Numbered from the stretch's first letter, positions 1 through 11,631 are shown. The stretch is 64,000 nt of DNA from Alphaproteobacteria bacterium (GCA_017958225.1 JAGDDD010000013.1:31863-95862), one strand, 5' to 3'. The notes: generated by a model from the letters alone, not told the origin. Translations and numbers: made by a program.

Positions 1-1
1 G

Positions 2-145
2 AAAAAAGCCCCGGCGAAACCGGTCGCGAAAAAGCCCGTTGTGAAAGCGGTCAAGAAAACCGCTGTGAAAAGCACGGTCAATCCTATCCCCGTGAAGGCG
101 GAAGGTGCGCGTGTTTTGACACCGCTTTATAGCAAAAAAGCATAA
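2..145 (+). CDS. 3' fragment of a CDS: lysine/alanine/proline-rich C-terminal tail (KKAPAKPVAKKPVVKAVKKTAVK...YSKKA*), partial at window edge
   Basis: In-frame translation from nt 2 reaches TAA at 143-145. Composition resembles the AKP-rich tails seen on rpsI, rplI and gcrA in this window. Confidence 0.4.
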   Translation, partial: KKAPAKPVAKKPVVKAVKKTAVKSTVNPIPVKAEGARVLTPLYSKKA

Positions 146-159
146 GTTTTTAACTTATT

Positions 160-198
160 AAAAAACCCCCTCTGGCTATCACCAAAGGGGGTTTTCTT
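160..198. terminator. Bidirectional rho-independent terminator (aaaaaccccctctgg...ccaaagggggttttcttt) between the upstream CDS (+) and eno (-)
   Basis: GC-rich inverted repeat flanked by an A-run and a T-run; sits between two convergent genes. Confidence 0.5.
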
Positions 199-211
199 TA
201 TGGTCTTCGCT

Positions 212-1489
<1,278 letters not shown>

Positions 1490-1499
1490 TTATACTCCT

Positions 1500-1781
1500 T
1501 TATTGTTGTTCTGTTGTTTCTGTAGTTTCTGTCAAGTTGGGCATGGCGGCGTCTTGATGCCGAGCCAAAATACCCAAAATGAGCGTGACAATAAACAGGA
1601 TCACTGCGCAAATGGCTGTGGCTTTCGTCAAGATATTGCCCACCGCGCGTCCTGTCATAAAACTATTGCCGCTGCCGCCTGTCAGGCCACCCAAGGCACC
1701 GCCTTCGGAACGTTGAATTAAAACCAAGCCTGTTAAAAACAGAGCGTCAATAATTAAAATAACCAAAAAAACACTTTGCAT
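1500..1781 (-). CDS. secG: Preprotein translocase subunit SecG
   Basis: 93 aa, two TM segments, Gly-rich central loop (GGALGGLTGGSGNSFMTG). The secG-tpiA-adjacent placement is typical. Confidence 0.8.
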   Translation of the reverse strand: MQSVFLVILIIDALFLTGLVLIQRSEGGALGGLTGGSGNSFMTGRAVGNILTKATAICAVILFIVTLILGILARHQDAAMPNLTETTETTEQQ

Positions 1782-1793
1782 ATTTTCTTCCTT

Positions 1794-2549
1794 TTATTTT
1801 ACAGTTTCAGCAATAGCGGTAAAGTCAGCCGCCTTCAGGCTGGCTCCGCCAATTAAAGCGCCGTCTACATCCGGCAAAGATAATAATTCTTGAGCGTTGG
1901 ACGGTTTCACGCTGCCGCCATACAAAATACGAATGTTGTCGGCTGTTTCCGCGCCAAAGCGTTTTTGAATTTGTTCGCGAATAAAGGCGTGGACTTCTTC
2001 TACTTCGGCTGTGGTCGGCGTTTTGCCTGTGCCAATCGCCCAAACAGGCTCATACGCAATTACCGTATTTTCGGCGGTTGTTTCTTGCGGTAAAGACTCT
2101 TGCACCTGTTGTGCAATCACTTCTAAAGTTTGTCCGTTTTCGCGTTGCGCCAATGTTTCGCCGACGCAGATAATCACGAACAGGCTGGCCGCTAATGCCG
2201 CTTGCGCTTTCTCACACACTTGCGCGCTGGTTTCTTTATGGTCCGTGCGACGTTCCGAGTGCCCTAAAATCGTGGTTTGCGCGCCTAAATCTTTAATCAT
2301 AACAGGGCTGACATCGCCTGTGTGCGCGCCTTTATCAAACGGCGAGCAATCTTGCGCCGACAGCAACACGCCCGAGCCGGCCACTTGTTGCGCACAGGCG
2401 GTCAGCAAGGTAAAGGGTGGTGCAATCAGCATATCAAACGCAGGGTTGTGTTGATTTTTATAATAACTTGCCACGTCTTGTGCTAACTGCCGTCCGTCAG
2501 CCTGTAAGCAATTCATTTTCCAGTTTCCGGCGATTAAAGGTCTACGCAT
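1794..2549 (-). CDS. tpiA: Triosephosphate isomerase
   Basis: MRRPLIAGNWKMN... and AYEPVWAIGTGKT motifs. The likely start is the ATG at 2549 after GGAGA; the ORF track extends to 2600. Confidence 0.9.
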   Translation of the reverse strand: MRRPLIAGNWKMNCLQADGRQLAQDVASYYKNQHNPAFDMLIAPPFTLLTACAQQVAGSGVLLSAQDCSPFDKGAHTGDVSPVMIKDLGAQTTILGHSERRTDHKETSAQVCEKAQAALAASLFVIICVGETLAQRENGQTLEVIAQQVQESLPQETTAENTVIAYEPVWAIGTGKTPTTAEVEEVHAFIREQIQKRFGAETADNIRILYGGSVKPSNAQELLSLPDVDGALIGGASLKAADFTAIAETVK

Positions 2550-2608
2550 TGTTGTCTCCATATGTGGCTTTATTTGTAGCACATTTGTATAATTTTTCAA
2601 GTATTATT

Positions 2609-4270
2609 TTACGCTTGTTTCTTTTGAGTATAAAGATGACTGATCTTTTCCAAAGTTTCCGGCGCCGGAATCCATTTGAGCGGATATTGCGTCTGTATCT
2701 TATTCAATTCCAAAGCGTGCATCAGGTGTATTTGTGTTTTGGTGTGCTCTTGCCCATCCATCAACATGGCAATGTCGGCTTCGGGAAAGCGTGCGGCCAC
2801 CGCCTCGATAAAGGTGTTCAAGCGGGCAAAATCTTTTTCCGGTGGCGTGATTTCGCGCAACGACGGATTCAGCGCACACAATTGTTTATACAGGCTTGTC
2901 ATGCCCTCTATGGCCAAAGGCCTTTCGTGTAAAAGGCGCTGATAAGCATACATTTGCGCGGTCAGTTCCGTGTCGGCATTGACTTTGATTTCTGTTTTTT
3001 CTTTACCGACCCACAGGCTGTGCAACAACTCTTTCCAGCCGGTGCGCTTGACTTGCGCATTTTGATAAGATAAATAGCGCGCAGTCAGATGTTCTTTGTA
3101 ATGCTCCAATTGAATTTGCAGGCCGTATTGTTGATGGTAATAGCGCCAAAAATGATCCGAGGTCATGTTCTCCGGATACTGATAATCGGGCGCAAATGAG
3201 ATGTGTAAAAAGTGCTCTGCAGCCAGCACCGGACTTTGCTCGTCCTTGCGAATAAAGGACGTGGGCAGGTCGTTGCGCAGGGCATTGACCGCCTGTAAAA
3301 TCTCTTGTTCTGACGGGGTAATCGGGTCTTCTTGTAAAACAGGAAATAGCGAGCGGATAGACTGCGCGTCCTGCATTTGTTGCCGATACACCGCTTGCGA
3401 AATGGCTTGCCATGTGTGCTCGGACATCGGCCAGGAGCAATACGTTTTATATGCTTCCGGATTGAGGCCCAAGCGCGTTAAATGATCAGCGATGTCGGCG
3501 CTGTTTTTGGCGTGTTGTTTTTCGTCCGGCGAGCCATACAAGGCCAATGCAATGTCTTCTGCCGGCCACAGCGAGCCGACCAGCACGAAAAAGCGACACA
3601 GCACATTGATACGCGTTGTCGGGTTACTGATTTTTTTCAAGGGCGGATTGAGCCGGACCAGCGCTTTATAAGTTTCCACCAAGGCGTCGTAATTTGTTTG
3701 TGTATAGACATTGAGTGTATGTTGAAAAGCGCACAATTTGCGCGCCAAGACTTCTTCTCGCTCGGTGTCGGTGCCAAACAGGACCGATTGAATATCTTCC
3801 GGCTCGAATCGCCAACCGACCAACTGCGCAAACAATTGCAATTTGCGAATATCGTTTTGCGGGTCGGTAATCAGCGCCAACATGGGCGTTTGCTCACACA
3901 ATGTCGTGTAAATGTAGCGCGCATGCTCCAACATATCTTTGTCTTGTATTTGAGAGCGCGTCGGATTGACCAATTCTTGCGTATAAATATTGGACAGGTC
4001 GGTCATGTCTTGAATCAAGCCTTCTACAACCCACAAAATCGCCTGATATTTTTTTGTAAAATCAGCCGGTCGCATTTTGTCCGGAAAGCGATATTCCGGT
4101 GCTAACGTAATGCCTAATTCTTGGCCTAAACGCACAGCCGGTGCCGTATAAGTAAAAGCAAACTTTTTTTGCCATGCGCGAATATGTCCCGTCACTTCAC
4201 GTTTCGTGGGTGTGTATCTGTCCAAAGCAATATTTTTGGGCAACAAATAAATTAAAGGCACTTTGTTCAT
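2609..4270 (-). CDS. Hypothetical 553-aa soluble protein with internal tandem repeats (repeated P[ED]Y[RQ][FY]P[DE][KN]M and YKxLxxLNPxL[KR]xI motifs)
   Basis: Long ORF with coding-like composition and no recognisable family. The repeats are visible by eye in the translation. Confidence 0.5.
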   Translation of the reverse strand: MNKVPLIYLLPKNIALDRYTPTKREVTGHIRAWQKKFAFTYTAPAVRLGQELGITLAPEYRFPDKMRPADFTKKYQAILWVVEGLIQDMTDLSNIYTQELVNPTRSQIQDKDMLEHARYIYTTLCEQTPMLALITDPQNDIRKLQLFAQLVGWRFEPEDIQSVLFGTDTEREEVLARKLCAFQHTLNVYTQTNYDALVETYKALVRLNPPLKKISNPTTRINVLCRFFVLVGSLWPAEDIALALYGSPDEKQHAKNSADIADHLTRLGLNPEAYKTYCSWPMSEHTWQAISQAVYRQQMQDAQSIRSLFPVLQEDPITPSEQEILQAVNALRNDLPTSFIRKDEQSPVLAAEHFLHISFAPDYQYPENMTSDHFWRYYHQQYGLQIQLEHYKEHLTARYLSYQNAQVKRTGWKELLHSLWVGKEKTEIKVNADTELTAQMYAYQRLLHERPLAIEGMTSLYKQLCALNPSLREITPPEKDFARLNTFIEAVAARFPEADIAMLMDGQEHTKTQIHLMHALELNKIQTQYPLKWIPAPETLEKISHLYTQKKQA

Positions 4271-4398
4271 ATCTTTTCAGATACCACATCCGCCCCGTTG
4301 TGACAAGTGCTTTCTTATGTTTTTCTTAAAATTATGAAAAAAACTAGCCTTCCAAAATGATTTATGCTATAAAATCAACAGAACACGAAAGGAAAACT

Positions 4399-7300
4399 AT
4401 GTTAAATACCTTGAAAAACAAGAAGTTCTTGCCCTTATTATTGGCACATGCGTGTGCGGGGCTCAACGACAATCTGATTAAAAATATATTTGTCTTTTTG
4501 GCGGCTTATCAGTTTATACAAAGCAGCCTGTATTGGTTTTTATTTGCTTTTATTTTGTATGGTGCCGCTTTTGGCGTTGCCACGTTGATTTTTGGTCCGG
4601 TGGCCGATAAAATGTCGCGGACCACCTTTATTCATCGTGTGAAAATCGTTGAAGTCGTTGTGATGAGCACGACGGCAGTGGGCCTGTTGATGTCCAGTCG
4701 CCTGTTGATTTTGCTCTCTCTGGTGGGTATTTCGTGTTGCACGGCGGCGATTCGTGTGGTGAAATATGCGTTGGTGCCGAACCTGGTCGCCAAACATGAA
4801 TTATTGCCGGCCAACGCCTTGTTAAAGGCTTGCACTTTCATTATGTCGTTGGTGGCTACTTTAGTGATTTTGATTCCTTTCCAGCATGTCGCGCCGACGG
4901 AAGAGGTCGTGCATATCATGGCGGTGGCGATGATTGTATTTTCTGTTTTGGGTATGTTTGCCGCCGGTCGTATTGCGCCTGTGAAGCCAGTAGATCCTAG
5001 CATCTCCGTCTTTCCTGTGGGCTCGTTTGTGCCCAAGGTAACGCGTTGGTTGGATGATCATGCTGATGTGCGTTTTTATGTGGCCAGCGTGGCGTGGTAT
5101 TGGTTGTTGGGTGGTGTGGTCGTGTTGTTTGCCCCTGCCTTTGTGCGCGAATTGTTGATTGCCGATAAAAGCGTGTTGTTGTATTTGACGATGATTTTGT
5201 CCGTCGGCTATGTGGTCGGCGCTTTGTTGTGCGGTCGTTTATACACGTCAAAAATCGGCGGTTATTTGGTTCCGTTGAGCGCGGTTTTGTTGTCCGTATT
5301 CTTAGCGGACAGTGTGTTTGTGTCCGAGGCGATCGGTGCTGATACACAAGTGAAAACCATCACAACGCTGATGATGTTCGGGTGGCCGGCATGGCGCTTG
5401 TTCATCGATGTGTTTTTGTTGGGTATGGCGTCTGCCTACTTTATTGTGCCGTTCTATCCTCTGTTGCAATCGAAAACAGAAAACGCGGTGTTGGGTCGCG
5501 TTATGAGCTACACCACATTGGCGTGTTGGTTGGCGTTGTTCGGCTCGTCTTTGATTGTCTGGACGCTGGACGCTATGAGCCTGCCGCTGCAATGGATATT
5601 CTTGACGCTGGCGGTCATCAATTTGTTGATGGCGCTGTATGCCTGTCAGTTGTTGCCGGAAGAAACGCGGCGTCACATCATGCGCTATTTCCTGGCTTTG
5701 TGGTGCTCGGTGGATGTTGAAGGCTTGGAGCAGTTGGACAAATTAAAAGGCAAGCGTGTTTTAATCGTGGCTAATCATACGTCTTATCTGGATGTGTTGC
5801 TGATTTCCGTTGCGCTGAAACGCAAAATTACTTTGGCACTGAAGACGTCGTTGGCAAACAAATGGTGGGTGCGCCTGTTCTGTAACCTGGTAGAAATCAA
5901 GGCGTTAGAGCCTGACAGCCCGTGGGCTGTAAAGGTCATGGCACAAGAACTGTCCGCCGGTAAGTTGTGTATGATTTTGCCGGAAGGCATTATTAAAGAC
6001 GGTAATACGCGTATGCAGATTTACGAAGGGCCGGCATTGATGGCGTTGGCGGCGAAGGCTTATGTTTTGCCGATACAAATTGAGGGAGCATCTCATACCT
6101 TGTTCTCACGCGTGCGTCACAAAACATATGTGCAATGGCATCCGCATGTTCAAATTAAAGTGTTGCCGGCTGTCAATTTTGCCGAAGGCAAGGGTGTGTT
6201 CTTCCACAAAACGCGGCAACAGGTGGCGACAAAAATGTATGACATTATATCGCGCATGGTGTTTGATACCTCTGAAACGCATCAGACTTTCTTTGAGGCC
6301 ATTATCAAAACACAAAAGATGGTTGGTCGTCGCAAAGAGATGATGGAAGATACCGCGCGCAAGCCGATGAAGTTTCAATCTTTATTTCTGAAGGCGTTTG
6401 TGTTGGCGGAATTGTTTAAAAAAGCCTTTGCCGATGATAAGATGGTGGGCGTGTTGTTGCCGACTTCGAATGCTTGCGCTGTGACGATTTTAGGTCTGCA
6501 CGCATTGGGCAAAACACCGGCCATGGTCAATTTCTCGTCGGGCATTCAACAAGTGTTGGCAACCTGCAAAACTGTGAAGTTAAAAACGCTGGTGTGTGCG
6601 CGCAAAGTGGTGTCGCTAGGCAAATTGGAAGCCTTGATAGAGGCTTTGGAAAAAGCCGGTTATCGCATTGTCTATTTGGAAGATTTAGCCAAAGGGTTGA
6701 CACTGAAAGACAAGTTGATGGGCGTGTATGGCATGTTGTTCCCGCTGCATCGTTATCGTCAATTGGCGCCTGATGCTGATCCTTCGGATATTTCGGCGGT
6801 GTTATTCACATCCGGCTCGGAAGGTATGCCTAAAGCGGTGATTTTATCGCATGAAAACTTTATCAGTAATGTGCGGCAGGTTCCGTCACGCATCGACATT
6901 GACAAAAACGACATCATGTTGTGTTGCTTGCCGACCTTCCACTCATTTGGTTTGATGGCGGGTATTTATGCGCCTTTGATTTTAGGTTTGAAGACGGTGC
7001 TGTATCCGACCCCGTTGCATTATCGTATTATTCCTGGCCTGTGTGCTTCGGCCCGCGCCACGATTTTCTTTGCGACGGATACGTTCTTGTCTAACTATGC
7101 CAAATGTGCGCAACCCTATGACTTTAACACCTTGCGTATTGTGGCGGCCGGTGCGGAAAAACTGCGCGAAGAAACAAAGCAAGTGTGGGCTGATAAGTTC
7201 GGTATTCGTCTGATTGAAGGTTATGGCGCGACCGAGTGTTCGCCTATTTTAGCCTTGAATACGCACTTGCATATGAAAGCGGGCACGGTCGGTCGTTTGA

Positions 7301-7821
7301 TTACCGGCATGGAGTGCAAACTGAAGGAAGTGCCAGGCATTCGCGATGGTGCCGAATTGGTCGTGAGAGGCCCGAACGTGATGCAAGGTTATATGAAGTA
7401 TGACAAGCCGGGTGTGTTGCAACCGCCTAAAGACGGTTGGTATGAAACCGGCGATATCGTTCATATTGATGAAGACGGCTTTATCGCTATTCGCGGACGT
7501 GCCAAACGCTTTGCCAAAATCGGCGGCGAGATGGTGTCGCTGTTGGCTGTGGAGCAGGTGATTCACAACAAGTGGCAGGGTGGTCTGTCCGGCGTGGTGA
7601 ATATTCCAGATCCGAAAAAAGGCGAGCAATTGGTGCTGATTACCAACCTGCCGGATTTGACGCATGAGCAGTTGGTAGCGGCTTTCCGTGAAGCCGGTAT
7701 GACCGAGTTGGCTGTGCCCAAAAAGATAATTGTTACACCTGAGCCGCCTGTGTTGGCGACCGGTAAGTTCAATTATGTGGCCGCCACCGAATTGGCTCAA
7801 AAAGAAATCGGCGAAGGTTGA
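4399..7821 (+). CDS. aas: Tripartite fusion: MFS lysophospholipid transporter (LplT-like) + PlsC-type acyltransferase (HTSYLD HX4D motif) + acyl-ACP synthetase (AMP-binding, TSGSEGMPK), i.e. an LplT-Aas fusion
   Basis: About 12 TM segments in the N-terminal ~450 aa, then an acyltransferase motif and an adenylation motif. RBS GGAAA precedes the ATG at 4399. Confidence 0.8.
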   Translation: MLNTLKNKKFLPLLLAHACAGLNDNLIKNIFVFLAAYQFIQSSLYWFLFAFILYGAAFGVATLIFGPVADKMSRTTFIHRVKIVEVVVMSTTAVGLLMSSRLLILLSLVGISCCTAAIRVVKYALVPNLVAKHELLPANALLKACTFIMSLVATLVILIPFQHVAPTEEVVHIMAVAMIVFSVLGMFAAGRIAPVKPVDPSISVFPVGSFVPKVTRWLDDHADVRFYVASVAWYWLLGGVVVLFAPAFVRELLIADKSVLLYLTMILSVGYVVGALLCGRLYTSKIGGYLVPLSAVLLSVFLADSVFVSEAIGADTQVKTITTLMMFGWPAWRLFIDVFLLGMASAYFIVPFYPLLQSKTENAVLGRVMSYTTLACWLALFGSSLIVWTLDAMSLPLQWIFLTLAVINLLMALYACQLLPEETRRHIMRYFLALWCSVDVEGLEQLDKLKGKRVLIVANHTSYLDVLLISVALKRKITLALKTSLANKWWVRLFCNLVEIKALEPDSPWAVKVMAQELSAGKLCMILPEGIIKDGNTRMQIYEGPALMALAAKAYVLPIQIEGASHTLFSRVRHKTYVQWHPHVQIKVLPAVNFAEGKGVFFHKTRQQVATKMYDIISRMVFDTSETHQTFFEAIIKTQKMVGRRKEMMEDTARKPMKFQSLFLKAFVLAELFKKAFADDKMVGVLLPTSNACAVTILGLHALGKTPAMVNFSSGIQQVLATCKTVKLKTLVCARKVVSLGKLEALIEALEKAGYRIVYLEDLAKGLTLKDKLMGVYGMLFPLHRYRQLAPDADPSDISAVLFTSGSEGMPKAVILSHENFISNVRQVPSRIDIDKNDIMLCCLPTFHSFGLMAGIYAPLILGLKTVLYPTPLHYRIIPGLCASARATIFFATDTFLSNYAKCAQPYDFNTLRIVAAGAEKLREETKQVWADKFGIRLIEGYGATECSPILALNTHLHMKAGTVGRLITGMECKLKEVPGIRDGAELVVRGPNVMQGYMKYDKPGVLQPPKDGWYETGDIVHIDEDGFIAIRGRAKRFAKIGGEMVSLLAVEQVIHNKWQGGLSGVVNIPDPKKGEQLVLITNLPDLTHEQLVAAFREAGMTELAVPKKIIVTPEPPVLATGKFNYVAATELAQKEIGEG

Positions 7822-7873
7822 TCTCTTGCAAAAAGAGGAGAGGTAGCCTACACTGTAAGCAAGGAGGGAGAAA

Positions 7874-8056
7874 ATGCAGGCTGTTATTTTAACCGTTATC
7901 GGCATGGGATCGGTCTTTTTGTTCCTGTATCTTGTTATGTGCACGCTGGTCGGTGTGTTGTGGCTTGTGCGGCGGTTTGCAGCGGATGAGGCCGGCCTGA
8001 CGGGCGAAAAAGCGGCGGCTTTGGTGGGAATTGCTTTATCAAGGGGGATGAAATGA
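7874..8056 (+). CDS. oadG: Oxaloacetate decarboxylase gamma subunit (small membrane anchor)
   Basis: 60 aa, single TM. Sits immediately upstream of oadA with overlapping stop/start (ATGA). Confidence 0.55.
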   Translation: MQAVILTVIGMGSVFLFLYLVMCTLVGVLWLVRRFAADEAGLTGEKAAALVGIALSRGMK

Positions 8057-9816
8057 AAGTTGATATTTTATGCACGGCCTTTCGTGACGGGTTTCAATCG
8101 GTCTATGGCTCGCGCGTGTTGTCCAAAGATTTTTTGCCGATTGTGTCTATGGCCAAAACAGCCGGCATTCGTCGGTTTGAATCGGGCGGTGGCGCGGCCT
8201 TTCAGTCGGCTTTCTTTTATTTGAACGAAAACGCTTTTGATGTCATGGACGCGTTTCGCCAGGCGGCCGGCAAAGATGCTTATTTGCAAACTTTGGCACG
8301 CGGTATCAACGTTGTCGGTTTGGAATCTCAAAGCTCGGACATTATTCGCCTGCACGCGCAGTTGTTTAAAAAGCATGGGGTGACCGCGATTCGTAATTTT
8401 GATGCGCTGAACGATCCGGACAATTTGGCCTTTAGCGGTCAGTGTATTGTGGATGCCGGTCTAGAGCACCAGTTGGCGATTGCCATGATGTCGTTGCCGC
8501 CGGGAAGTCATGGCGCGCATGATCCTGACTTTTACGAAAACACCCTCAAAAAAATATTAAAAGCCAAAATACCGTTTCACTCGCTGGCCTTTAAAGATGC
8601 ATCGGGAACTTCGGTGCCCAGCGTGGTTTATGAGACGATTCGTCGGGCGCGTAACATGGTTGGGAAAAATGTGCCGATTGAGTTTCACTCACATGAAACG
8701 GGTGGCACGGGCTTGGCTTGCTATCTGGCGGCCTTAAACGCCGGCGCCAATATTGTTGATGTGTCGTTAGCGCCGGTATCGGGCGGGACCTGTCAGCCGG
8801 ATATTGCGACTTTGTGGCATGCGTTGCGCGGTACGGAGTTTGAACTGGATGTGGATATTGACGCGGTGATGCAGGTGGAAGAAGCCTTTAAGGACGCGAT
8901 GAAACCTTATTTCTTACCGCCGGAAGCGGTGCGTGTTGAGCCCAAGATTCCTTGGTCGCCGATGCCGGGCGGTGCGCTGACAGCGAATACGCAGATGTTG
9001 CGCGATAATAATTTAATGGATAAATATGCCGAAATTATTGCCGCTATGGAAGAGGTTGTGCGCAAAGGCGGTTATGGCACATCCGTGACGCCCGTGTCGC
9101 AATTTTATTTCCAACAGGCCTTTAACAATGTGGTGGTCGGCCCGTGGAAAAAAGTGGCGGAAGGTTATGGCAAAATGGTGCTGGGTTACTTTGGCAAAAC
9201 GCCGGTGGCTCCGGATGCCAAGGTGGTTAAACTGGCCTCTGAACAGTTGGGATTGCCACCGACGAAAAAATCGCCGCGTTTGATGAACGATGCTGATCCG
9301 AAAAAGGGAATCGCTGCCGCCAAAGCGCGCCTGAAGGAGCAAAACTTGCCCATCACCGATGAAAACATCTTTATTGTCGCTGCGTGTGGCGATAAGGGCT
9401 TGGCCTTTTTGCGTGGCGACGGCAAAGTGGCGGTGCGTTATGCGCAACAATCTCAAGCGCCGAAAGGTCCGCTCAATGTGGTGTTGGACGGCACGTCTTA
9501 TGAAGTTAAAGTGGAGGCCGGACAAGTGTTCGTCAATGGCAAGGCTTTGAATTATCAAGTGTCGGAAGGCAAGGAAGTGTCCTCTCCGACAAGCGCTGCA
9601 ACAGCGCAAGATGTGACGGCGCCTATGGCCGGAACCGTGACCAAACTGTTGGTTAAAGAGGGCGATAAAGTAGCGGCCGGACAAGCCTTGCTCATCTTGG
9701 AAGTGATGAAAATGGAAAACACGATTTCGGCAGAACAGGCCGGCGTTGTCAAAAAAATAGAGGTGGCCGAAGGGGCGCGTGTTGTCGCCGGGCAACCTTT
9801 GATTCGTTTGGGCTGA
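8053..9816 (+). CDS. oadA: Oxaloacetate decarboxylase alpha subunit (carboxyltransferase + C-terminal biotinyl domain, EVMKMEN)
   Basis: N-terminal RDGFQS, HSHETGG metal site, and a C-terminal biotin attachment motif AMKM-like (VMKM). Confidence 0.85.
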   Translation: MKVDILCTAFRDGFQSVYGSRVLSKDFLPIVSMAKTAGIRRFESGGGAAFQSAFFYLNENAFDVMDAFRQAAGKDAYLQTLARGINVVGLESQSSDIIRLHAQLFKKHGVTAIRNFDALNDPDNLAFSGQCIVDAGLEHQLAIAMMSLPPGSHGAHDPDFYENTLKKILKAKIPFHSLAFKDASGTSVPSVVYETIRRARNMVGKNVPIEFHSHETGGTGLACYLAALNAGANIVDVSLAPVSGGTCQPDIATLWHALRGTEFELDVDIDAVMQVEEAFKDAMKPYFLPPEAVRVEPKIPWSPMPGGALTANTQMLRDNNLMDKYAEIIAAMEEVVRKGGYGTSVTPVSQFYFQQAFNNVVVGPWKKVAEGYGKMVLGYFGKTPVAPDAKVVKLASEQLGLPPTKKSPRLMNDADPKKGIAAAKARLKEQNLPITDENIFIVAACGDKGLAFLRGDGKVAVRYAQQSQAPKGPLNVVLDGTSYEVKVEAGQVFVNGKALNYQVSEGKEVSSPTSAATAQDVTAPMAGTVTKLLVKEGDKVAAGQALLILEVMKMENTISAEQAGVVKKIEVAEGARVVAGQPLIRLG

Positions 9817-9829
9817 AAGGAGAAAGACA

Positions 9830-10960
9830 ATGGAAACATTGTGGGCGCTTTTACATCAAACGGGCTTAGCCGTTTTTCTGACAGACCCTGAAGGTTGGCG
9901 ACAGTTGGTGATGATTGTCGTTTGCTGTGTGTTGCTGTATCTGGGTATTGCGAAAAAGTTTGAGCCTCTGTTGCTGGTGCCGATTGCTTTCGGTGGTATG
10001 TTGGCGAACTTTCCTTTGGCCGGCATGACAGAGCCAGGTGGCGTGTTGTATGTCCTGTATCACATGGGTATTGAAAACGCGCTTTTCCCCTTGCTGATTT
10101 TTATCGGTATCGGTGCCATGACGGACTTTGGTCCGCTGATCGCCAACCCGAAGACTTTGTTGTTAGGCGCGGCTGCGCAATTTGGTATTTTTGCCACGTT
10201 GATTGGCGCCTATACCTTGGGCGGATTTACGATGAAAGAGGCGGCGTCTATCGGTATTATCGGGGGTGCTGACGGGCCGACCTCCATCTTTTTGACATCC
10301 AAATTAGCGCCTCATTTGTTGGCGCCGATTGCGGTGGCGGCTTATTCGTATATGGCTTTGGTGCCGATTTTGCAACCGCCGGTCATGCGCGCTTTGACGA
10401 CCGAAAAAGAACGTAAAATTAAAATGAAACAACTGCGTGCAGTGTCCAAAAGAGAGAAAATTATTTTCCCCTTTGTCGTGTTGTTTTTGTGCGCGCTTTT
10501 GTTCCCGCAAGCCACGCCTTTGGTCGGTATGTTGATGTTTGGTAATCTGTTACGGGAAAGCGGTGTTACCGCCCGTTTGTCCGAGACTGCGCAAAACGCG
10601 ATGATCAATATCGTGACGATTTTTTTAGGCCTGTCGGTCGGCTCTAAATTGACCGCGCAACAGTTTTTGACAACACAAACACTCATGATTGTGGTGTTAG
10701 GCGCGGCCGCCTTTGTGGTCGGCTCGGGCGCCGGGGTGCTGATGGCACGCCTGATGAACTTGTTTGTCAAAGAAAAAATCAATCCGCTGATTGGCTCAGC
10801 CGGTGTGTCGGCGGTGCCGATGGCGGCGCGCGTGTCGAACAAGTTAGGGCAAGAGGCCGATCCGAGCAATTATTTGCTGATGCACGCTATGGGGCCCAAT
10901 GTCGCCGGCACCATCGGCTCGGCTGTGGCTGCCGGTATCTTACTTGCGTTGTGTTCGTAA
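9830..10960 (+). CDS. oadB: Oxaloacetate decarboxylase beta subunit (Na+-translocating)
   Basis: 376 aa polytopic membrane protein with the OadB/GcdB-family sequence pattern. Directly follows oadA. Confidence 0.85.
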   Translation: METLWALLHQTGLAVFLTDPEGWRQLVMIVVCCVLLYLGIAKKFEPLLLVPIAFGGMLANFPLAGMTEPGGVLYVLYHMGIENALFPLLIFIGIGAMTDFGPLIANPKTLLLGAAAQFGIFATLIGAYTLGGFTMKEAASIGIIGGADGPTSIFLTSKLAPHLLAPIAVAAYSYMALVPILQPPVMRALTTEKERKIKMKQLRAVSKREKIIFPFVVLFLCALLFPQATPLVGMLMFGNLLRESGVTARLSETAQNAMINIVTIFLGLSVGSKLTAQQFLTTQTLMIVVLGAAAFVVGSGAGVLMARLMNLFVKEKINPLIGSAGVSAVPMAARVSNKLGQEADPSNYLLMHAMGPNVAGTIGSAVAAGILLALCS

Positions 10961-10969
10961 CTCGGCGTT

Positions 10970-11464
10970 TTAGTGCAAACTTTTCAAGAGTAGTTGATAG
11001 GCTTTGGTCAGGTTTTTGAACTTTTCTTCCAACGCCTTGTCGCCACCGGTTTTATCCGGATGATATTTTTTGGCTAACGTCTTATACGCCTTTTTCAAAT
11101 CGCCGGTTGTAAAATTATCCGACAGGCCGAGCAAGCGCATCGCTGCCTGTTGTTCTTTGGTGTGGCGTGTTGCCCTGTGGTGTGCTTTGCCCAAAATGCC
11201 CAGCGGGTCCCACAAGCGATGATTATACAGGTCATTGACGCGCCATGTCGGACGACGCCCTACCTCGTCAAAACGAATGTGCGCTTCTATTTCTTCCGGC
11301 GACATACCGGCGTAATAATCCCAACTTTTGTTATATTCTTGGACATGCTCTAAACAAAACCAATAAAAAGACTTTAAACTGCGGTCTTTGGGCGCACGAT
11401 ATTCGCCCGCTTTTTTACAATCGGGGAAGTCACAAGGGCGATGATGTTTTTCTTCTTTGGGCAT
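10970..11464 (-). CDS. J-domain protein with N-terminal Cys/His zinc-finger-like region (CDFPDCKK...CLEH) and C-terminal DnaJ domain (KKYHPDK)
   Basis: HPD tripeptide inside a J-domain consensus at the C-terminus. Confidence 0.7.
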   Translation of the reverse strand: MPKEEKHHRPCDFPDCKKAGEYRAPKDRSLKSFYWFCLEHVQEYNKSWDYYAGMSPEEIEAHIRFDEVGRRPTWRVNDLYNHRLWDPLGILGKAHHRATRHTKEQQAAMRLLGLSDNFTTGDLKKAYKTLAKKYHPDKTGGDKALEEKFKNLTKAYQLLLKSLH

Positions 11465-11592
11465 AGTAAAATCAGTATATCGCGCTGTCGGATAAAAGGC
11501 AATGAGTTTGTATGAAAAGGGCGTATTCTCCGCCTTTTGTTATACTTTTTTGTGCCCTGTGTATTTTTTTTATAGCCACGCGATGCTTTTTT

Positions 11593-11601
11593 TGGTATAA
11601 T
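11593..11601 (+). promoter_or_regulatory. Extended -10 element TGgTATAAT upstream of the 11632 gene
   Basis: TGGTATAAT sits 30 nt upstream of the ATG at 11632. The ORF-track start at 11600 lies inside this -10, so the track start is probably not real. Confidence 0.4.
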
Positions 11602-11631
11602 GCCTGGGCATAGTCAAAGAACGGTTTTAAG

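Noticed and set aside
7249-7944. 231-aa minus-strand ORF overlapping the 3' end of the LplT-Aas gene
   Set aside because: Antisense to a strongly supported long CDS and His/Arg/Gln-rich with junk-like composition. It is typical of a spurious frame in GC-balanced DNA.
9013-9795. 260-aa minus-strand ORF inside oadA
   Set aside because: Completely embedded antisense to a confidently identified gene. The translation is rich in R/H/F with no motifs.
11600-11631. ORF-track start of the 404-aa protein at 11600 (MPGHSQ...)
   Set aside because: The ATG is part of the TGgTATAATG extended -10 box. The ATG at 11632 is the more plausible start.
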